Shown here piece after piece: positions 50,245-58,948 of a stretch of 64,000 nucleotides of DNA; the first letter of the stretch is position 1, and each line of letters starts with the position of its first letter. This DNA comes from Candidatus Hydrogenedens sp. Lineage in GTDB: Bacteria; Hydrogenedentota; Hydrogenedentia; Hydrogenedentales; Hydrogenedentaceae. The translations under genes and the position numbers were made by a program. Below the pieces are notes generated by a model. It saw nothing but the letters and a program-made list of their open reading frames with translations. It was not told the origin of the DNA and searched no databases. The stretch covers positions 64,001 to 128,000 of the forward strand of contig JBMFRC010000006.1 of the NCBI GenBank assembly GCA_049968235.1, read 5' to 3'.

Positions 50245-50784
50245 CTAAACTTTTAATGTTTTGATAATGTTATTTATTTCATTCTCTATTAACTTATATA
50301 TCTCTATATCATTCATATTCGAGAATCTTTCTCTACATTCTCCCGTGTGAATTGATAAAAGTGTGTGTGTATTGTGGATAATATAAATTTGCATATTAAT
50401 ATTGGGATTCGTAATAAACATTCCGGCAATGGAATTCCCTAAATCTCCTACTGGCATCCTGTCAATATTTGATAACACAAAAGTCAACGCAACCCTGGCA
50501 CCTCCTAAATCTTCACTTTTACCAATTACAACATCGCCACCGGCTCTTTCTGCTGAACCTTTAGCCAAACTTAATCCCATTCCCACTATTTTTGATTTTT
50601 TTGTTGTATAAAATGGGTCAAACAACTGTTCTTCATCAACGCTAAAACCTTTTCCATTATCTTCAATTATCAGGGTAAGCAAATCAGTTTCCTCATTTAT
50701 ATCCAACAAAATTCGTATCTCATTTGCACCTGCATTAATTGAATTTTCTATCAAATCAAGGATATGTAAAGAGAGTTCAATCAA
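50245..50784 (-). CDS. GHKL-type ATPase (anti-sigma regulatory factor / Ser-kinase-like, HfsD-like)
   Basis: HATPase_c boxes: N (ENSINAGA), G1 (EDNGKGF), G2 (GMGLSLAKG). No HisKA domain. Last gene of a 5-gene overlapping operon. Confidence 0.7.
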   Translation of the reverse strand: MIELSLHILDLIENSINAGANEIRILLDINEETDLLTLIIEDNGKGFSVDEEQLFDPFYTTKKSKIVGMGLSLAKGSAERAGGDVVIGKSEDLGGARVALTFVLSNIDRMPVGDLGNSIAGMFITNPNINMQIYIIHNTHTLLSIHTGECRERFSNMNDIEIYKLIENEINNIIKTLKV

Positions 50785-51547
50785 TTTCTATGACCTCCAA
50801 AACAGTATTTGTCCTTATTCCTTTTTTTATACCGTCAAAAGTGAGACTATCCACGCATATTTCTGTTCGAACATGCCCAATTTCATCTATAGAATGTGCA
50901 TCTGAAGAAGTAATTACCGGAAGATTTTGAGGTAGTGAATATATGATACTTTTTAAAAGAAACTCTTTCTTTTCGATAACCCTTTTTACTGATATAGGTG
51001 ATATTTCTAACACATCAAACACATTGTCAGGAATAATACCCAGCTGGCTTGTAATAGAAAAAGAAGGGCGGTCAACATGACTGGCAATAATCATTGCGTT
51101 ATATTTTCTTAATAATGCAATTACATTTTCTAAATTCATACCCGATGATAAATACAGCGATTTTTCTTCTTCTCCTATAACTTCTCCTTTTGAATTAATA
51201 ATTAGCTGAGGTTCTAAAAAGTCTTTCTTGTTTAACTCTTCACTTAAAGTTTCTCTTATAATTTTTCCAACCGACTCTGCATCTTCTAAATCGGGAAATA
51301 TCCCTAAAACATGTACTTCTTCTTCAGTTGTAATCTCTATTCCTGGAAGAAATAATATCTGTGGGAACCAATTCTGTCCATATTCATAAAATGCCCGCAC
51401 ATTCCTCGTGCTATTGTGATCACATATAGCAAATGCATTTATCCCTTTTTTTATTAAGCGTGGATATATATTCTGGGGTAGCATCATTCGGTCTGCACAT
51501 GGGGATAAAACAGAATGAATATGTAAGTCAGAAAATAATATGGACAA
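50777..51547 (-). CDS. PHP-domain phosphoesterase (HfsC-like)
   Basis: DLHIHSVLS...AICDHN...HV PHP metal-ligand motifs. 8-nt overlap with downstream GHKL gene. Confidence 0.8.
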   Translation of the reverse strand: MSILFSDLHIHSVLSPCADRMMLPQNIYPRLIKKGINAFAICDHNSTRNVRAFYEYGQNWFPQILFLPGIEITTEEEVHVLGIFPDLEDAESVGKIIRETLSEELNKKDFLEPQLIINSKGEVIGEEEKSLYLSSGMNLENVIALLRKYNAMIIASHVDRPSFSITSQLGIIPDNVFDVLEISPISVKRVIEKKEFLLKSIIYSLPQNLPVITSSDAHSIDEIGHVRTEICVDSLTFDGIKKGIRTNTVLEVIEID

Positions 51548-51551
51548 AACA

Positions 51552-51902
51552 CTACCCTCTTATACCCAACTCATACAATTTTCCAACAATATTAAATGCA
51601 GTATCGGAAGATGAAAATAATAATATTTTTTCTTGTTCTGCTTTCTTCATGACATTATCATCGGGATGGCGGTTTTGTATAAAAATGACTGCAGAAATTT
51701 CTGCATGGACACATACCGCTATTACATTGATATGTGTCTGTAAAGTAATTAGAATAGAGCCTTTTTTCGCATTTGCTAAAACATCACTCAGTAAATCCGA
51801 TACATACCCTTCACTAACTTCTCTATCTAATAAGTCAGCAATTTCAGGAGTAAGTAATTCCAATTGTAATTCCTCATAAATTTCTTTTAATTTCTTACTC
51901 AT
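51552..51902 (-). CDS. DRTGG-like domain protein
   Basis: 116 aa. Same fold signature as 53496..53840 (V.DLLSDVL..A..GSILIT.QTHINVIAV....ISAVIF). Confidence 0.6.
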   Translation of the reverse strand: MSKKLKEIYEELQLELLTPEIADLLDREVSEGYVSDLLSDVLANAKKGSILITLQTHINVIAVCVHAEISAVIFIQNRHPDDNVMKKAEQEKILLFSSSDTAFNIVGKLYELGIRG

Positions 51903-51918
51903 ACATTTATCTCCATTT

Positions 51919-53499
51919 TTACATTCTATTCAAATATGGGCAGTTGTTTATATCTTTCTTCATTATTACAATGTCTTCTGCAAAATTCAAGCATGCGGGT
52001 GCTCCACAAACTCCACAATCATAGCCGGGTAATTTTTTATTTATTTTTTCTATCTCACTAAGTTTCTGAATCGCTATTCTTACATCCTCATCAAGTCGCA
52101 CACCTTTCCGTGAATTGATAGTGGATACACGGTATATTGCATCTATTTTTTGATTTTCATATTTATGCTTCTGTTCATTCCAGAATGAATCAAAAATTAT
52201 TTTTGACATGGTGGGTTCTTCACCCCAATATGGAGAGCCAAAACAGCCATTATAGCAAGCATACAATTCCACCATTTTTATAGGGACAGGTAATTGTTTC
52301 TTTTCTATATTTTCTAAAAACGTTTTTACCTGCTCTATTCCAGATATTGTTACTATGCCATCATTGCTATTTTTGTCAATATTTATATTGTGTATTTTAT
52401 CTTTTTGTTTTTTCTTATTTGTTTCTTTATATATATCCATTATCATTTCAAATGATTTCTGGGGAGAAATCATTTGAATAGAAATATCTAAATTTTTATT
52501 GTTATTAACTGCGGATATCTGAGCAGGACAAGAAGGTATAAAAAAGATATTTCGTCTTTCAGCGAAACTACTTATCGCTGTTTCTATAGGTCCCAAATAG
52601 GGAGCAATATTATCAATCAATGAAGGATATTCCGTTTGTATCCAGTATAGGACTGCGGGACAAACGGGTAATATTAAAGGGAAATTAATTTTTTCATTGT
52701 TCTCAATATATTTTTGTGTTTCTTTTTGTAATACTTCCTCCCATAATACTAATGGAAATACTTCCAATCCTTTTCTGTGGAATTTTTCTTCGAACTCATC
52801 CCATGAATAATAAAGTAGAATAGAAGCAATCCATGGTGAGGGGGCGATAAGTATTCCCTGCTTTTCCTTTTCATGATTTTTCTCGCAATCCTCCAAATCA
52901 AATACTTTCGTAGGACATATCTTTATACATTCATTACAATTGATGCAATGGTGAGACAAAATATACAAGTTTTTTTCATACAGTCTTATGGCTTTTGTGG
53001 GACATCTTGATAGACATTGCAAACATTTTTTACATTTCTCTGCCGTTACATGAACATAACTATCAACTTTTGAAAAATCTTTGTCTGACTTTACAAATAT
53101 AAGTATTTTTAACAAAGTGCCTGTGGGCTCGCTATGTATAACAAAGTAGTCTGAATTTTTCCTTATGTTAGGTAAACCCATTCCTGCTCCGAAACCCATT
53201 TCTCTTGCTTCGTCGGGTGCAGTAGAGTACCCTTCCTGAACAGCAAGGTCAATTCGGGGAATACCGGGTCCTGTATCCTTAACTACAATCTCAATTTTTT
53301 CATCATCTATTGTAAAATTAATTTCTCCTCCATAAGAATGGATAATAACATTCATCTCCGACTCATAAACGGCAATCATAATCTTTCGGATTATTTCGGG
53401 GGCTATTGCCAACTTACTTAATATTTCTTTAATTTTTGAAGAAACCTGTCCGCCACCTAAATAATCTCCTTTTTTTACTGGATATGAACCTGTAATCAT
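51919..53499 (-). CDS. Fusion protein: GHKL Ser-kinase-like ATPase + 2x[4Fe-4S] ferredoxin + degenerate [FeFe]-hydrogenase H-cluster-like domain (HfsB-like sensory hydrogenase homolog)
   Basis: N-terminal HATPase_c (DTGPGIP, GAGMGLPN). CKKCLQCLSRCP and CINCNECIKICP ferredoxin motifs. Then PVCPAVLYW (compare TSCCPxW), IPSCPAQ (compare MPCxxK), ELYACYNGCFGSP (compare ExMACxxGCxxGG). C-terminal CGVCGAPAC. Confidence 0.75.
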   Translation of the reverse strand: MITGSYPVKKGDYLGGGQVSSKIKEILSKLAIAPEIIRKIMIAVYESEMNVIIHSYGGEINFTIDDEKIEIVVKDTGPGIPRIDLAVQEGYSTAPDEAREMGFGAGMGLPNIRKNSDYFVIHSEPTGTLLKILIFVKSDKDFSKVDSYVHVTAEKCKKCLQCLSRCPTKAIRLYEKNLYILSHHCINCNECIKICPTKVFDLEDCEKNHEKEKQGILIAPSPWIASILLYYSWDEFEEKFHRKGLEVFPLVLWEEVLQKETQKYIENNEKINFPLILPVCPAVLYWIQTEYPSLIDNIAPYLGPIETAISSFAERRNIFFIPSCPAQISAVNNNKNLDISIQMISPQKSFEMIMDIYKETNKKKQKDKIHNINIDKNSNDGIVTISGIEQVKTFLENIEKKQLPVPIKMVELYACYNGCFGSPYWGEEPTMSKIIFDSFWNEQKHKYENQKIDAIYRVSTINSRKGVRLDEDVRIAIQKLSEIEKINKKLPGYDCGVCGAPACLNFAEDIVIMKKDINNCPYLNRM

Positions 53500-53840
53500 T
53501 GTTGTATTTTTCCCTTTTCAAATATTCCATAAATGACACCACAGGTTTCATACATCTCTAAGGAAGATACTAAAAGAAAGGCTTTATTTTCTTCCGCACT
53601 TTCTATCAACTCATGGATAGGTTCTGAGTCTGTAATAAGACATATAGCAGGAACATCAAATATATTAAACAACTGAACTAGAGAGATATGATTTAAGTGT
53701 GTAATTATCAATGTGTTTTCGCTGGCTGAATGAATTAAATCACTAATTCGGTCCCCTGCAAAAACTTTCCCTATTTCTGTTTTTTCCCCTTTAACAACAA
53801 CCTCTATACCTAATACCTTTATAATATCCTGTATATCCAC
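53496..53840 (-). CDS. DRTGG domain protein (HfsA-like)
   Basis: 114 aa. GDRISDLI...LIITHL..ISLV....DVPAICL pattern of the DRTGG domain. 4-nt overlap with the fusion gene. Confidence 0.65.
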   Translation of the reverse strand: MDIQDIIKVLGIEVVVKGEKTEIGKVFAGDRISDLIHSASENTLIITHLNHISLVQLFNIFDVPAICLITDSEPIHELIESAEENKAFLLVSSLEMYETCGVIYGIFEKGKIQQ

Positions 53841-53907
53841 CTGAAAAACTCCAAAGTATATATCTATTCTATCAAAGATTTACTCTGGAGTGTATTTGAA
53901 AAAAGGA

Positions 53908-55431
53908 TTACTGTTCTTCTTCAGATTCCTTATCCTCTTTATTATTTCTTCCTGTTATTTTCATCTTTTCTAAATACTCATCTAAAGTAAGCCCACTTTC
54001 TCGGATTTTTTCAATATATTTAGATACTGCTTCAAAATAAGTAAAATCACATTTTCTTAGTCCTTCTTTAATCTCGTCTGTATTATTTCCTTCATTTCTT
54101 TCCAAAGAGCGTAGCAGTCGATTTTCAAATTCCATTTTTGAGAGCACTACTTTATATGTTTTATCTGCCACTAAATCTGTTTTTACTGCAACTTTATCTG
54201 GGGGGAACGACCTTTCATATTCTGCGTTTATTCCTGCCCATTCCGTTCTACTCCAGCCGTATTTAAGCAAATCAATTAAATATTGCTCAATTTGCTTTCC
54301 TGTCAATGTTATTTCGACCAGTTCTTTAGCGCGGTGTCCTGCTGTTAGATAGACAGCATTGTAATCTAATTTAGTGGGTGGAAATGTACTTCGAATAAGT
54401 AATCGCGGATGACAAAAGGCAATATCAGCATTGGCTCTTTCTTTAATTGCATTAGCACTTAATACTCCAATTTGACTTGTATTAATTAATTTTCTGTTAT
54501 CTATCAAAAACTCTGATGCGATTGGACATATCTTCTTCTCTTCTGCTGATACCCAATTTAAAATTCCTTCATCAGGTTTTATAATATCATGTTTCATTTC
54601 CACTACCTGGTTCGTATATCTACTAATCTTTTGCTTCTCATTATCTATCACCAATTTTAAATGCCCCGCATACATAGCATAGGAACCCGCCTGAACGATG
54701 ATTGCATTTGTATCTTCACACTGCCTTGCTTCCTTCAATAACTCGTGAGTATGTCCGGAAATAAACACAGAAATTTCAGGGATTTTTTTAGATATTTCTG
54801 CACAGGCGTTACTTCCAAGATGGCATAGTGCAATAATGAAATGACAACCTTGTTTTTTTAATTCATCAATCGCTTTTTTTAGTTCGGGAACAGATTCTCT
54901 GGCAACTTTCATTTCTTCACCACCTAATTTCACAACACCGATAAAACCTATGGGTAAATTTCCCACTTTTTTTACAACCCACGGCTTATAACAATGTTCT
55001 AAACCTTCTTTATAATTTGTTCCTACAAATTCTACTGAAGGTGACAGTTCCCTTAACTTGCAAAGTCGTTCAATTCCTTTATCATAATCATGATTTCCGA
55101 TAACCATCACATCATATTTCATTTGCTCTATGATCTTATACATCATTTCTCCATCAGTTAAATCCGCAACCATGTCTCCTTTATCTGTCAAATCACCTGC
55201 ATCAAGCAACAATACATCTGGATTTTCTTCCCTTACATTATTTACAAATCCTGCAATATAGGGAATTCCTCCTACACCCAAATAACCCGGTCGTATATGG
55301 TCGTGAATATCATTTGTATAAACAATATTAACTTCTACATCTTCTGAAAATAAATTAAAAGAAACCAAAAACAGTAAAATTACACTCAAAAGTACCCTCA
55401 AATAATAATTTTTGTTATTCTTTGTCAACAT
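53908..55431 (-). CDS. Bifunctional metallophosphatase / 5'-nucleotidase (UshA-like), secreted
   Basis: Signal peptide. Calcineurin-like motifs (DIHDH, GDLTDKGD, GNHDYD, GHTHE). C-terminal 5'-nucleotidase substrate-binding domain. Confidence 0.8.
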   Translation of the reverse strand: MLTKNNKNYYLRVLLSVILLFLVSFNLFSEDVEVNIVYTNDIHDHIRPGYLGVGGIPYIAGFVNNVREENPDVLLLDAGDLTDKGDMVADLTDGEMMYKIIEQMKYDVMVIGNHDYDKGIERLCKLRELSPSVEFVGTNYKEGLEHCYKPWVVKKVGNLPIGFIGVVKLGGEEMKVARESVPELKKAIDELKKQGCHFIIALCHLGSNACAEISKKIPEISVFISGHTHELLKEARQCEDTNAIIVQAGSYAMYAGHLKLVIDNEKQKISRYTNQVVEMKHDIIKPDEGILNWVSAEEKKICPIASEFLIDNRKLINTSQIGVLSANAIKERANADIAFCHPRLLIRSTFPPTKLDYNAVYLTAGHRAKELVEITLTGKQIEQYLIDLLKYGWSRTEWAGINAEYERSFPPDKVAVKTDLVADKTYKVVLSKMEFENRLLRSLERNEGNNTDEIKEGLRKCDFTYFEAVSKYIEKIRESGLTLDEYLEKMKITGRNNKEDKESEEEQ

Positions 55432-55560
55432 AAACTACTCCTTTAAATGTTTTACATGTATATATAAAAATTTGACTATAATTACCTTTTTTAGGTTTAT
55501 TTTTCTTATATTTATATTTAAACAATTTGCTCTCAAAATTTATTGTAATAAGGAATAAAA

Positions 55561-56181
55561 ATGTCATTTCTTTCAAAACAGCCGTTTTTCTTATTCATAA
55601 CTTTATTTCTCTTTTCCTGCTCCAATGCTATTGTTCAGGAAACAAATCTAAAAGGAGAATTTAAAGTATTAGAAGTCCAACCTGTATCAGCCCCAATAAA
55701 TAATATCATTAAAAATGGTTCTTTTATAGAATGGCTCTCTGGAACGCGGGTTCCCTCAGGTTTTCTACCTCCTTTTTCTCAATACTCTTATGTAAATAAA
55801 AAAGCCAAAAAAGGAACCGGCTATGAAGTTGTTCAAAAGTGGATAAAAGCCGATGTAGGTGTGGACATAGGGAATATGTTTCGTACTTCTTTATCTGATT
55901 TACAACCGAATAGTTACATCTTTTCTGTAAATGCCACATTATTAAAAGGTCCAAAAGTTAATATAGGGATATGGAAAATATCCGAACCTGGCAAAATGGA
56001 ACCTTTTATAGACCCTCTTATAGAAGTCTTGGGCGAATTGAATAAACCTATTCATCTTGAAAAAGAATTCAAAATAGACCAAGGTGACACATATTTTTTA
56101 TGTGCCTATGCACCTGAAGGAACACCGCAAATTATCTGGTCAGACTGGATACTATCCGTAGCACCTACAAATAATAAGTAA
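55561..56181 (+). CDS. Hypothetical lipoprotein
   Basis: Signal with lipobox LFSCS. 206 aa, no recognisable motif. Confidence 0.5.
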   Translation: MSFLSKQPFFLFITLFLFSCSNAIVQETNLKGEFKVLEVQPVSAPINNIIKNGSFIEWLSGTRVPSGFLPPFSQYSYVNKKAKKGTGYEVVQKWIKADVGVDIGNMFRTSLSDLQPNSYIFSVNATLLKGPKVNIGIWKISEPGKMEPFIDPLIEVLGELNKPIHLEKEFKIDQGDTYFLCAYAPEGTPQIIWSDWILSVAPTNNK

Positions 56182-56186
56182 ATTTA

Positions 56187-56612
56187 TTATTCCCCTGTAA
56201 CTGTAATTCTTTTCCCTATAGAGACTGATTTCTTAGGTAGTGTTATTTTAAGTAAACCCATTTGCATTTCTGCGCTAACTTTATCTTCATCTATCTCATC
56301 AGCGAATTCAATAATCTTTTCAAAACTTCCATATAAACATTCGCAAAAAACTGTTTTTTCATCGCCTTCATCTGCTCTTCTTACTTTATTTCCGCGTATA
56401 CTCAATTTGTTTTTATCAATAGTCAACACAATATCTCCTTTCTTTACACCTGGCAATTCTACAAAAACATAATACTCTGCATTTGTTTCATAAACATCAG
56501 CAAGAGGTTCCCAGGGTTCACCTTCATTTAAACCTGTATTGAGACGACGCCATACTTCCATCATCAATTTTCGAGGCAATACTCGTAATGTATCAAAAGG
56601 GGAAATAAACAT
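56187..56612 (-). CDS. Hsp20/alpha-crystallin small heat-shock protein
   Basis: ADVYETNAEYYVFVELPGVKKGDI...L.I.G alpha-crystallin domain. 141 aa. Confidence 0.85.
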   Translation of the reverse strand: MFISPFDTLRVLPRKLMMEVWRRLNTGLNEGEPWEPLADVYETNAEYYVFVELPGVKKGDIVLTIDKNKLSIRGNKVRRADEGDEKTVFCECLYGSFEKIIEFADEIDEDKVSAEMQMGLLKITLPKKSVSIGKRITVTGE

Positions 56613-56748
56613 GGCATATTCTCCTATTTATATTTAGTTGTATCTACTATTATTATATACCAATAATGACTGGAAGTGTTTCGTTTTTCTGATAAAAATA
56701 TTCAATGTCCAATATATTTTTGAAGACAATTAATTGGAATTTACGAAA

Positions 56749-57957
56749 TTAACCGAATATTTCTCTGGCTGTATAAAACAACTTCGGAATATCTAAATAA
56801 TAAGGACATTGCTCCATAGCAGTTCTAATCTGCTCTTTTGATAGATTTTCGATATATTTTTGAATATCTTTATAACAATAACGAGCCCAACTTTCATCTC
56901 CGTATCTCTTTGCATACAAAATACATCGCCAGACATCTTGCACATGTAGTTCTTCCTGCATACCTTTTTCACAATGCTGGTTACAACCGGCACAATAAAG
57001 ATGTTGTGTCCTTTCTGCTATATTTCTCAACTGTTGTTTTTCCAACTCTGTTAATTTCATAGGTGTTATCGCTGCATACGCATTTTCATGAACATGTTGT
57101 ATATTCCCCATTTGGGATGCAATACCTGCAATCCGTTCATCTTCCCACACTGCTTTCAATTTTGCCTGTATTTTTGTAAAATTTTTTGATGTCCATGGTA
57201 ATAATTCTTCGCCATCATCCGGAATACTACCTAATGTTTTAATTGCTACCAGCCCTATTCCTGCTTCTGTGCATGCATCTATTGCTCTATTTAAATTATC
57301 CTTTCCCATTTCACGAAAACTATACTTAAACATAATCACATCAATTCCTCCTCCTAGCTTGCTGGCTTTCATCATAAGTTCATGTGCATTCCCGTGATGA
57401 GCACTAAAACCAAAATAGCGTATTTTTCCCTCTTTTTTTAATTTATCCCCCATATCTATAAACTCTTTGTCCAAAAATCGTTCGTGCTTAACAATATGCA
57501 TGTAAAAAATATCTAAATAATCTGTCTCCAATTCCTGCAACGACAAATTTATATTCTCAACAAACTTTTCAGGAGTGGCTTTGTCCTCTGTTTGATGAAC
57601 TTTGGATGCAATTATCAACTTTTTTCTATCCCCAATTTGTTTAATAAAAGGAGCTATCGTTTTATGAGATTGTCCTTCTGCATACATTTGGGCAGTATCT
57701 AAATGATTTACCCCTAATTCGTATGCACGATGCAATCTTCTATCATATACCGGATCCAAATTTTGACAACATCCCATAATCAGGATAGGTGTTACAATAT
57801 CCGTTTTACCTAATTTCCTGACTGGAACCTTAGTTCCGGGAGGTATTTTCCAGGAACTCGGCTTATTTTCAGTCTCTTCCGAAAAACTTGTTTTAGTTAA
57901 TATGCTTGCTGTAGTTACTGTTTTAATTGTTTGTTCGATAAAATCTCTTCGATTCAT
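56749..57957 (-). CDS. Tat-exported aldo/keto reductase with C-terminal Cys-rich extension
   Basis: N-terminal twin-arginine motif NRRDFIEQ plus hydrophobic h-region. AKR core (DTAQMY, HIVKH). C-terminal CAGCNQHCEKG...C...C Cys cluster. Confidence 0.8.
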   Translation of the reverse strand: MNRRDFIEQTIKTVTTASILTKTSFSEETENKPSSWKIPPGTKVPVRKLGKTDIVTPILIMGCCQNLDPVYDRRLHRAYELGVNHLDTAQMYAEGQSHKTIAPFIKQIGDRKKLIIASKVHQTEDKATPEKFVENINLSLQELETDYLDIFYMHIVKHERFLDKEFIDMGDKLKKEGKIRYFGFSAHHGNAHELMMKASKLGGGIDVIMFKYSFREMGKDNLNRAIDACTEAGIGLVAIKTLGSIPDDGEELLPWTSKNFTKIQAKLKAVWEDERIAGIASQMGNIQHVHENAYAAITPMKLTELEKQQLRNIAERTQHLYCAGCNQHCEKGMQEELHVQDVWRCILYAKRYGDESWARYCYKDIQKYIENLSKEQIRTAMEQCPYYLDIPKLFYTAREIFG

Positions 57958-58043
57958 TTTAATATACCTTAAATACAGTTGCTTTTATAATTCACACTTT
58001 GTTATAAATTATAATTAAACTAAAACACATAAGGAGTACTTTT

Positions 58044-58451
58044 ATGCCATTAATTCAATGGAACGATTCTTTAAGTGTCGGCATTCCTTCTATGGATACA
58101 CAACATCAAAAATTAATCAATATTATAAATCGACTACATGATGCTATGCGTGAAGGAAAAGGGAAAGATATTATATCCCCCGTATTAACGGAGTTACATA
58201 ATTATACCGTTACTCACTTTACAGCAGAAGAAAAATTAATGGAACAATGTAAATACAGTGGTCTTGCCGTTCAGAAACAACAACATAATAATTTTGTCAA
58301 TCAAATTAAAAAGTATCAGTCTGACTATGAAAAAGGTTCATTAACTCTTCCTCTTTCGGTTTCCAATTACTTAAAAGACTGGCTTATTAATCATATTCAG
58401 GGTCTGGATAAAAAATATGAGACATCTATGAAATCAGCAGGAATTAAATAG
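58044..58451 (+). CDS. Bacteriohemerythrin
   Basis: WNDSLSVGIPSMDTQHQKLI, HF..EE, WL.NHI..LDKKY His/Glu/Asp diiron ligand pattern. 135 aa. Confidence 0.85.
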   Translation: MPLIQWNDSLSVGIPSMDTQHQKLINIINRLHDAMREGKGKDIISPVLTELHNYTVTHFTAEEKLMEQCKYSGLAVQKQQHNNFVNQIKKYQSDYEKGSLTLPLSVSNYLKDWLINHIQGLDKKYETSMKSAGIK

Positions 58452-58462
58452 GAGAAATATCT

Positions 58463-58870
58463 ATGGCTTTTCTCAATTGGAACGATAATTTTAATATTGG
58501 AATATTTCAAATTGATGCTCAACATAAAAATCTGGTTAATATTATTAATCAGTTATATGAAGCGATGAGTGTAGGGAAAGGAAAAGAAATTATTGGGAAA
58601 ATTGTAAAAGAATTGGCGGGTTATACAATTACTCATTTTGGCACTGAAGAGAAACTCATGCAGGAACATGGCTATCCTGAATTGCCTCAACATAAAAAAG
58701 AACATGAACTTTTTGTTAAAAAAGTTCAGGAATTTAATAATGAAATTCAAAAAGGGAATCTTATCATTGTTTCTAATGTTGCCAATTTCTTGAAGGAATG
58801 GTTGATAAAACATATTCAAGGAACCGATAAGAAATATGGTCCATTTTTAAAGGGAAAAGGGGTAAAATAG
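58463..58870 (+). CDS. Bacteriohemerythrin (tandem paralog)
   Basis: WNDNFNIGIFQIDAQHKNLV.., HF.TEEKLM, WLIKHIQGTDKKY. 135 aa. 11 nt after the first copy. Confidence 0.85.
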   Translation: MAFLNWNDNFNIGIFQIDAQHKNLVNIINQLYEAMSVGKGKEIIGKIVKELAGYTITHFGTEEKLMQEHGYPELPQHKKEHELFVKKVQEFNNEIQKGNLIIVSNVANFLKEWLIKHIQGTDKKYGPFLKGKGVK

Positions 58871-58948
58871 GAACTGTTATATATACCGTTTTTTAGCATG
58901 TTATAACCAATATATTTGAAATGACACTACATTAACTATGAAACCGAC

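Noticed and set aside
56613-56748. CIRCE/HrcA operator upstream of hsp20
   Set aside because: No TTAGCACTC-N9-GAGTGCTAA inverted repeat present in the 136-bp upstream region.
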